From a bacterium (GTDB lineage: Bacteria > Methylomirabilota > Methylomirabilia > CAVQYV01), in NCBI GenBank assembly GCA_043800755.1, contig JAZDMQ010000061.1, positions 1 to 11,766 on the forward strand: 11,766 nt of DNA, in the 5' to 3' direction. The position numbers and the translations under genes were made by a program. The notes beneath the pieces were generated by a model, which had not been told where the DNA came from, searched no databases, and worked only from the letters and a program-made list of their open reading frames with translations. This document shows, in pieces, positions 1 to 6,256 of this stretch. Positions within the stretch are counted from its first letter, which is position 1. Each line of letters begins with the position of its first letter.

Positions 1-76
1 CTTCTCTTGGGCTTGTCAAGGAAAACTTGAGGGGAAGATTAAGGAATAGAAGGGAGGGGCTTTCTCTAAAGGGGCC

Positions 77-1093
77 TCAGAATACCTTGACCGCAGAGCT
101 CTTGAAGGTCAGGTAAACCTTCATCCCGATATTTAAGCCCATCTCGAAGAGCGATCTCTTGGTGATCAACACCTGAAATGGCTCTGGGGCGCCAATCTGA
201 AGCCTCACCCAGTCCACATCGGCGACGATGGCTTCAATCACACCCTCCAGGCAGTTTCGGGCGCTGGAGCTGAACGGGGTGAGAGAGATGATGATGTCCT
301 TGGGGTCAATGTAGATGGCCTTGACCTCTTCCTTGGTGGGCAAGAAGATCTTTATCCTCCCGGTGTCGAACCAGGTGTCCTCTCCCTCCCTGAGGGTCTT
401 TCCCTTGAAGATATTCTCCGGGGTAAAGGGGGTGATCCTGCCCTCCATCAGGGTGATGATCTCATCGGCCAGGCGATGGGCCTGATCCCGGTCATGAGTG
501 GAGAAGATCACGGTGGCCTTAGATTCTTCGCTCATGGATCGCACGATCTCCTCCACCATCTTGGTATTGGCCTCATCCACATTGGCCGTGAGCTCGTCCA
601 GTAGCAGGATCTCCGGCTGGATGGCCAGGGCCCGGGCGATAGCGACCCTCTGAGCCTCTCCCCCGGAGAGCTCATTGACGGGCCGTTCGGCCAGATCGCC
701 CAATCCCACCATCTCCAGGCACTCTTTGGCCCTCTTTCTCCGCTCGCTTCTTCCCAGATATCGGACCTTCAGGCCGTACTCTACATTCTTTCCCACAGTG
801 GTGCGGAAGAGGAGGGGATTCTGCAAAAGCATGCTGATCCCATTCCGCATTTCCCTTCTGTTCTCATCGGTCACCTCGATCCCGCGAAAGAAGACCCGGC
901 CGGAGGTGGGCTTGAGCAGGAGGCTGAGAATGAGCATCAAGGTGGTCTTGCCCGCCCCATTGGGGCCAACCAGGGCGTAGGCCTTGCCCCTTTCAAAGCG
1001 GAGGCGGGGGATATTCAATACCTCTTTATGGTTATAGAGGTGCTGGAGCCGATCGACCTCCAGATACCCTCTTCCGGCAGAAGTCGGTTCCAC
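77..1093 (-). CDS. tupC: Tungstate/molybdate ABC transporter ATP-binding protein with C-terminal TOBE domain
   Basis: Walker A GPNGAGKT, signature LSGGE, Walker B ILLLDE, H-loop STHD. C-terminal TOBE-like segment SSARN...KSSAV. The GTG start directly follows the tupB TGA (ATGAGTG on minus), consistent with translational coupling. Confidence 0.88.
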   Translation of the reverse strand: MEPTSAGRGYLEVDRLQHLYNHKEVLNIPRLRFERGKAYALVGPNGAGKTTLMLILSLLLKPTSGRVFFRGIEVTDENRREMRNGISMLLQNPLLFRTTVGKNVEYGLKVRYLGRSERRKRAKECLEMVGLGDLAERPVNELSGGEAQRVAIARALAIQPEILLLDELTANVDEANTKMVEEIVRSMSEESKATVIFSTHDRDQAHRLADEIITLMEGRITPFTPENIFKGKTLREGEDTWFDTGRIKIFLPTKEEVKAIYIDPKDIIISLTPFSSSARNCLEGVIEAIVADVDWVRLQIGAPEPFQVLITKRSLFEMGLNIGMKVYLTFKSSAVKVF

Positions 1094-1783
1094 TCATTTC
1101 CTCCCCTGGAGAGAGGTGAAGAAAAAATTGAGGGAGAGGGCAAGGGCCATCAGGATGAAGCCCAGGGCCAGGCCGAAGCCGAACTCCCCCTTGCTCGATT
1201 CCAGGGCGATGGCCGTAGTCATGGTGCGGGTGTAGCCGCGGATGTTTCCGCCCAGCATCATGGCCGCCCCCACCTCCGCGATGACCCGGCCGAATCCCGC
1301 AATGATGGCGGCCACGATGGCAAACCTCGCCTCCTTGAGGATGGCCCATGCCTCCTGGCTCGGGCTGGCCCCGAGGGTGCGGGCCGTGAGGCCAACCCGG
1401 AGATCCACAGATTGGATGGCGGAGAGGGTCAAGGCGGTGATCAAGGGGGTGGCCAACACCCACTGGCCGATCACGACGGCCCAGGGGGTGAAGAGGAGTC
1501 CCCACTGCCCCAAGGGGCCCTGGCGCGAGATGAAGGCGTAAACGGTAAGGCCGACCACCACCGTGGGAAGGGCCATCAGGGTATTGAGGAGGATACGCAG
1601 GGCGGCCTTGCCCGGGAAGTCCTTGATCGCAATGATAAAGCCGATAGGCACCCCGAAGAGGGTGGAGAGGAGGGTCCCCCAGAAGGAGACCTTCAGGGTG
1701 AAGAGGACCACCGCGAACACCTCTCGATTCAGGGTGCTGATCAGCCGAAAGGCAGTGATGAGCCCTTCTAGGATGAAGTCCGT
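1094..1783 (-). CDS. tupB: Tungstate ABC transporter permease (probable ACG start at 1783; first canonical start is GTG at 1720)
   Basis: Typical TupB motifs LMALPTVVVGL, SRQGPLG, LLFTPWAVVIGQ, GFGRVIAEVGAAMMLGGNIRGYTRTMTTAIALE. The frame stays open upstream through (ACG)DFILEGLITAFRLISTLNREV, a TupB-like N-terminus preceded by the SD-like AGGGGGGA. Confidence 0.9.
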   Translation of the reverse strand, partial: TDFILEGLITAFRLISTLNREVFAVVLFTLKVSFWGTLLSTLFGVPIGFIIAIKDFPGKAALRILLNTLMALPTVVVGLTVYAFISRQGPLGQWGLLFTPWAVVIGQWVLATPLITALTLSAIQSVDLRVGLTARTLGASPSQEAWAILKEARFAIVAAIIAGFGRVIAEVGAAMMLGGNIRGYTRTMTTAIALESSKGEFGFGLALGFILMALALSLNFFFTSLQGRK

Positions 1784-1825
1784 CTTATTTTCCCCCCTGG
1801 CCTTTCGTTCAGCGTCAAGCTTGGG

Positions 1826-2659
1826 CTACTTCGGTACCGCGGTGGGGATGAAGAGGGGATTGCCCTTCCTGTCCTTGAACTCCCGGATGATCTTCTGCCC
1901 CTCCGGCGAGGTGACCCACTCGACCATCTTCATGGCCAGTCCATATTTGGCATCGGGAAATTTCTCCGGATTCACCGCCATGATGTGATAAGGATTGAAG
2001 AGAATTGGATCTCCCTCGCACAGGATAATGGAGCTGGTCTTCTCCTTGTAGGCCAGATAGGTCCCGCGGTCGGCGAGGGTATAGGCCTTTTTCTCGTGGG
2101 CCATATTCAGCACCTCGCCCATCCCTTTGCCCGCCTCCAGATACCATCTCCCCTTGGCGTCTTCCACCTTAACCCCGGCAGCCTTCCAGATGGCAAGCTC
2201 CTTGACATGGGTCCCCGACTTATCGCCCCGGGAGATGAAGGGCGATTGGCTCTCGGCGATCCTCTTGAAGGCCACCTTGGCCTCTTTCAAGCCTTTGATC
2301 CGGGCGGGGTCCTCGGCCGGGCCGACGATGAGGAAGTCATTGTACATCACATAGCGGCGATTAACCCCATAGCCGTCTTTCACGAACTTCTCTTCCAGCT
2401 CTGGCGCATGAGCCAGGACCACATCCACATCCCCCTGCTCGCCCAGTTTCAGGGATTGTCCACTGCCTACCGCAATCACATCCACCTTGCAATGATTTTT
2501 TTCTTCGAAGGGAGGGAAGAGCACCTTCAAAAGCCCGGTGTTCTCGGTGCTGGTGGTGGTCGCCAGCTTCAGCCTCTCCTGGGCCAGGGCGGGAAAAGCA
2601 AGAGTCAATAAGAAGGCAAGAATCAATAAAATAAGGCCTCTGACTTTGATCCCATTCAT
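1826..2659 (-). CDS. tupA: Tungstate ABC transporter periplasmic substrate-binding protein
   Basis: TTTS motif (LATTTSTENTGLL), HAP, MYNDF, SRGDKSGTH, DRGTY, NPY. Signal peptide ending ALA-Q. ATG at 2659 has a strong AGGAGG SD at 2665-2670, so the 2731 start of the ORF track is an over-extension. Confidence 0.93.
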   Translation of the reverse strand: MNGIKVRGLILLILAFLLTLAFPALAQERLKLATTTSTENTGLLKVLFPPFEEKNHCKVDVIAVGSGQSLKLGEQGDVDVVLAHAPELEEKFVKDGYGVNRRYVMYNDFLIVGPAEDPARIKGLKEAKVAFKRIAESQSPFISRGDKSGTHVKELAIWKAAGVKVEDAKGRWYLEAGKGMGEVLNMAHEKKAYTLADRGTYLAYKEKTSSIILCEGDPILFNPYHIMAVNPEKFPDAKYGLAMKMVEWVTSPEGQKIIREFKDRKGNPLFIPTAVPK

Positions 2660-2723
2660 CTGAACCTCCTCTACTGCATCATGTGGTGAGTTAGTTCCCA
2701 GGCTGCGGGCCGATGAGATCCTC

Positions 2724-2774
2724 AAAAGCAAAAAAGCCAGCGCCGCATTGGATCAGGCACTGGCTCTCTTGCTT
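2724..2774 (-). terminator. Intrinsic terminator forming the riboswitch expression platform
   Basis: Minus strand AGCCAGUGCC-(11 nt loop)-GGCGCUGGCU followed by UUUUUGCUUUU. The stem can extend with AAGCAAGAG. It lies between the aptamer and the tupA start. Confidence 0.85.
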
Positions 2775-2789
2775 CTTTTTTCCATCTCA

Positions 2790-2887
2790 GCACCCTTTCC
2801 AAGCACGGGAGGCATTGTCATTTCTAACAATACCCTAACGACCATTCCTCATGAACCAAGGTTTTTAGAGAGGATGGTTCGGGTTGC
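2790..2887 (-). ncRNA. Moco RNA motif riboswitch aptamer, P3-less tungsten-cofactor ('Tuco') variant
   Basis: Minus strand reads UAGGGUAUUGUUA-GAAA-UGACAAUGCCUCCCGUGCUUGGAAAGGGUGC, matching the Moco motif 3' consensus (AGGG..GAAA..GCCUCCCG....UGGAAAGG). P1 GCAACCC/GGGUGC; P2 ACCAUCCUC/GAGGAAUGGU with CUAA...AUG internal elements; P4 is a 10-bp stem with a GAAA tetraloop. It lies upstream of tupABC. Confidence 0.88.
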
Positions 2888-2892
2888 CCCTT

Positions 2893-2921
2893 TATATAAT
2901 AGAAATCGGGGAGGATGTCAA
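2893..2921 (-). promoter_or_regulatory. sigma70-type promoter for the riboswitch-tupABC transcript
   Basis: TTGACA (2921-2916), 17-nt spacer, TATATA (2898-2893). The predicted start near 2887 coincides with the aptamer 5' end. Confidence 0.7.
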
Positions 2922-2976
2922 AGCTATTTTTCCTGACCCACGCGAAGAAGGCCGGGGCTCCTTTTGGCCTAAAAGA

Positions 2977-3005
2977 TTGACAACTCCGCTCCTCTGTCTT
3001 AAGCT
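2977..3005 (+). promoter_or_regulatory. sigma70-type promoter for degP
   Basis: TTGACA (2977-2982), 17-nt spacer, TAAGCT (3000-3005). Divergent from the tupA promoter. Confidence 0.65.
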
Positions 3006-3117
3006 ATAACCCTCTCATTTCCCCATCGAGTTGGGATGCCCTCGGGGAAGTGCAACGCAGAAGACATCGGTTCGGTCGTGGTTTCTAAGATTTGCGAGAA
3101 AATAAGGAGGAAGGGTT

Positions 3118-4563
3118 ATGTGGAAGCGTCTTTCCTGCAGAAGTTGTCTCTTATTGGCCCTGGCGTTCGGCGTTTTATTTACGGGGATCGTCTGGTGGTC
3201 CCACTCCTCTGCGCCCCAGGCGGCGGAGAACTCAAAGGCATCTCCCGATCTGAAAACTGCCATTGTGCAGGTGGCCAAACAGAATATCCCGGCGGTGGTG
3301 CACATCGAGGTGACGGCCCGTCAAGAGGTGACTGTCCCCTCGTCCCCCTTCGAGAATGACCCCTTCTTTCGGTTCTTTTTTGACCTCCCCCAAACGCCCA
3401 AGAAGTTCAAGCGGGAGATGAAAGGACTGGGATCGGGGATGATCATGGACTCCCAGGGTCATATCCTCACCAACAACCATGTGGTGGGGGGAGCGACCGA
3501 GATCCAGGTGTTGTTAGACAGTGGCAAACAATACCGCGCCAAATTGGTGGGGACCGACCCCAAGACCGACCTGGCGGTGATCCAAATCTCGGCTAAGGAG
3601 TCCCTCCCCCATGTCACCTTCGGAGATTCGGACAAGGTGGAGGTGGGGGAATGGGTGGTAGCCATCGGCCATCCTCGCGGCCTGGACCAGACCGTCACTC
3701 AGGGGATCATCAGCGCCAAGCACCGGCGGGGGATCATGGATCCCTCGACCTATCAGGATTTTCTGCAGACGGACGCCGCCATCAACCCGGGCAACAGCGG
3801 CGGTCCCTTGTTGAACCTGCAGGGGGAGGTGATTGGGATGAACGCCGCCATCGCCTCTGCCTCCGGGGGATCTGAAGGCATCGGGTTCGCCATCCCGTCC
3901 AACATGGCCCTCCACATCGCCAAGGCCTTGATTGCCCATGGCAAGGTGGATCGCGGCTGGTTGGGTATCAGCGCTCAGAACCTCACCCCGGAGCTGGCCA
4001 AGTCCTTCCATCTGGAGACCGCCAGGGGCGCCCTGATCGCCGATGTGATCAAGGGAGGGCCGGCAGAGAAGGCCGGGCTGAAGAGGGGAGATGTGGTTAT
4101 TGCCTATCAGGGGAAGGAGGTCCCCGATGCCAGCACCTTCCAGAATGAGATCGCCACTACCCCGATGGGCCAGGAGGTGAAGCTGACCGTCGTCCGCGAG
4201 GGCAAACCGCAGGAGATTGCGGTGAAGATTGGAAACCCCCAAGAGGCGACCAAGATGTTGGCCTCCGCCCTCAAAGATCGCCTGGGGGTCGCTATCCGTC
4301 CGCTGACGGCCAGAGAGGTTGAGAAATTTGGGCTGGATTCCCAGCAGGGGGTGGCGATCGGATGGCTGGATCCCCGAGGCCCCTTGGGGGAGGCGGGCCT
4401 GGAGGTGGGCGATATCCTCTTGCAGCTGGACGGCCAGGCCTTCGAGGGTCCGGATGGCTTCGCTAGCCTGGTTCGCTCCCTGCCGCCCCGCCAACGAATC
4501 ACCTTGCTGGCCCTCGACCACCGCAGCGGCAACACTGGCTATGTCCAGACGGTGGTGCGCTGA
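3118..4563 (+). CDS. degP: Do/DegP/HtrA family periplasmic serine endopeptidase with two PDZ domains
   Basis: N-terminal hydrophobic signal/anchor; GLGSG, TNNHV (His), TDLAV (Asp), QTDAAINPGNSGGPL (Ser); PDZ1 RGWLGI...GLKRGDVV and a degenerate PDZ2. SD AAGGAGG upstream. Confidence 0.92.
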   Translation: MWKRLSCRSCLLLALAFGVLFTGIVWWSHSSAPQAAENSKASPDLKTAIVQVAKQNIPAVVHIEVTARQEVTVPSSPFENDPFFRFFFDLPQTPKKFKREMKGLGSGMIMDSQGHILTNNHVVGGATEIQVLLDSGKQYRAKLVGTDPKTDLAVIQISAKESLPHVTFGDSDKVEVGEWVVAIGHPRGLDQTVTQGIISAKHRRGIMDPSTYQDFLQTDAAINPGNSGGPLLNLQGEVIGMNAAIASASGGSEGIGFAIPSNMALHIAKALIAHGKVDRGWLGISAQNLTPELAKSFHLETARGALIADVIKGGPAEKAGLKRGDVVIAYQGKEVPDASTFQNEIATTPMGQEVKLTVVREGKPQEIAVKIGNPQEATKMLASALKDRLGVAIRPLTAREVEKFGLDSQQGVAIGWLDPRGPLGEAGLEVGDILLQLDGQAFEGPDGFASLVRSLPPRQRITLLALDHRSGNTGYVQTVVR

Positions 4564-4634
4564 TCGAGGGAGCATCCGGGGCGCATGGAAGGCGACGCCT
4601 CGATCAAGGAAAAGGAATAGAGGAGCAATCGTGT

Positions 4635-5058
4635 ATGGGCCCACATGCGGGTGCCTTTTGGAGCATCCCTGCTCCAGAACTGCTTTTGCAGCTTGAGACA
4701 TCACCTCTGGGCTTGACCAGCGATGAAGTCCGAAGCCGCCTCGCGCAGTTTGGGCCTAACCTCCTGAGACCCAGGAAACGATCGGATGCAGGAGCGCTCC
4801 TGGTGGCTCAATTCCAGAGCCCCATCATCCTCATCCTCCTTTTTGCCGCTGGCCTCTCCTTGTTTCTTCACGATCAGGCCGATGCCCTCATCATCCTGGC
4901 CATTATCCTCATCAGTGGTCTTCTCGGATTCTGGCAGGAGAAGGGGGCGGCGCTCCTCTTCCCCCTACACCCCCTTAGGCAAGATCTTGGGGTTCAGCCC
5001 CCTGCCTTTCATCCTGTTCTTGGCTGGTGTCATCGTGCTCCTCTACATCCTCTGGCAG
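4635..5058 (+). pseudogene. mgtA: Internally deleted Mg2+-translocating (MgtA-like) P-type ATPase remnant
   Basis: The first ~106 codons match the cation-ATPase N-terminus (GLTSDEVRSRLAQFGPN, QFQSPIILILLFAA, LGFWQEKGA). They join directly to an MgtA-like C-terminal segment (LLFP/YTPLGKILGFSPLP...IVLLYI) with a +1 frameshift in a C5 run at 4961-4965. No TGES, DKTGT or GDGxND motifs remain. SD AGGAG at 4621-4625. Confidence 0.78.
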
Positions 5059-5084
5059 GGGCGACTCAGGCCGCCTCTTGCCGC

Positions 5085-5427
5085 TCACCGGGAGAAAGGT
5101 ATGGCAGGGCCCTGGTGGACCACAAGAGGCATCATACTGGCCTCCGGGGTGATGAGGATGTCGCCCATCAAATTCCTTCTGGCCGATGCGGCCTCGGCCC
5201 TATTCACCATCCTGGTCATGGGCGGCATCGGTTATGCGGGGGGCAATAGCATCCAGGTGTTGAAAAAGGACATCACCCGAATAGAACATTTCGCCATCGT
5301 CGCAATTGTGATATTGATTGCGTGTTGGTTCATCTATAGCTACTTCAAGAACAATAGGACGTCCAGGGATCAGTCAGAGGGTGGTTCTCGAGAGACAACC
5401 GCCACCTCCCAGGGGCCGGAAAGATAA
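5085..5427 (+). pseudogene. DedA/VTT family membrane protein remnant (C-terminal half)
   Basis: ASGVMRMSPIKFLLADAASALFTILVMGGIGYAGG matches the DedA C-terminal pattern (G..rm...kF...d..sa.......GY..G). A short upstream piece in another frame (GERYGRALVDHKR) resembles the DedA G..yG motif. The N-terminal half is missing. Confidence 0.6.
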
Positions 5428-5451
5428 ACAATCTCTCAGAGAGGTGAAACC

Positions 5452-6210
5452 ATGGTCGCGCAGGTTAACGAGAGCAGCACCAGGAAGATCGCATTGCTGA
5501 TCGATGGGGATAATGCGCAGCCTTCTCTCGTCGGGAAGATCCTGACCGAGGCAGGGAAACATGGCTCCATTACGGTCCGACGCATTTATGGGGATTGGAC
5601 CACGGCGAATATGAGTGGTTGGAAGGATACCCTGAACAATCATGCAATTCAGCCCATCCAGCAGTTCCGATACACGGTCGGCAAGAACGCCACGGATAGC
5701 GCATTGATCATTGATGCCATGGATATCCTCCATAGCCATTTGGTGGACGGCTTTTGCATTGTATCCAGTGATAGCGACTATACCCGGATCGCCACGCGCA
5801 TCCGAGAGATGGGCATCTTTGTGATGGGGATCGGAAAGCAAAAAACCCCCAAGGCCTTTGTGAATGCCTGCAATGTGTTCATCTATACGGAAAACCTGAT
5901 GCCCCGGGAGGCGCCGCGGAGGGGGAAGAGGGGGGCGGACAAGACCACGGCGGATAGAGCCGAACAACCGAAGAAGGCCGACCCCATCCCCTTGCTCAAG
6001 CAGGCCTTGGAGATGGCGATGCAGGAGGATGGATGGGCGAACCTGGCGACCATGGGCTTTTATTTGCATCAATTGGATCCGGGCTTCGATCCCCGGACCT
6101 ATGGATTCAAGCAGCTCTCCCAGCTCCTCAAGACCTTTTCGAGCTCATTCGAGTTGAAGTTACAGGATGAGACCGGCCCCACCACCATTTATGTGAAAGT
6201 CAGAGAATGA
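5452..6210 (+). CDS. NYN domain (LabA/DUF88, PIN-like) protein with C-terminal OST-HTH/LOTUS domain
   Basis: [38 protein letters not shown] acidic motifs; C-terminal [21 protein letters not shown] signature; SD GAGGTG. Confidence 0.9.
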   Translation: MVAQVNESSTRKIALLIDGDNAQPSLVGKILTEAGKHGSITVRRIYGDWTTANMSGWKDTLNNHAIQPIQQFRYTVGKNATDSALIIDAMDILHSHLVDGFCIVSSDSDYTRIATRIREMGIFVMGIGKQKTPKAFVNACNVFIYTENLMPREAPRRGKRGADKTTADRAEQPKKADPIPLLKQALEMAMQEDGWANLATMGFYLHQLDPGFDPRTYGFKQLSQLLKTFSSSFELKLQDETGPTTIYVKVRE

Positions 6211-6256
6211 AAGGCTTGCGATCCTGCTCCTCGAGAGGGCCAAAAGAAGGGCTTCC

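Noticed and set aside
1..76. Terminator after tupC / AGGGGC direct repeat
   Set aside because: No convincing stem. A minus-strand TTGACA at 19-14 may belong to a promoter beyond the window edge but cannot be evaluated.
1028..2611. Plus-strand ORFs overlapping tupB and tupA (247, 141 and 208 aa)
   Set aside because: Antisense shadows of well-supported genes.
2660..2731. N-terminal extension of the tupA ORF given in the track
   Set aside because: It starts inside the terminator U-tract; the ATG at 2659 has a strong SD and yields a normal signal peptide.
2888..2905. TTATATAA as a possible ModE operator half-site
   Set aside because: It lacks the flanking CG and the second half-site; explained by the -10 element.
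2748..2936. 62-aa plus-strand ORF in the intergenic region
   Set aside because: Antisense to the riboswitch and promoter, with no SD and no recognisable protein features.
3514..4704. 396-aa minus-strand ORF
   Set aside because: Antisense shadow of degP, typical of GC-rich coding DNA; no motifs.
4786..5427. 213-aa ORF as an independent gene
   Set aside because: Its first ~60 residues are off-frame translation of the ATPase remnant; only the part after 4965 is protein-like.
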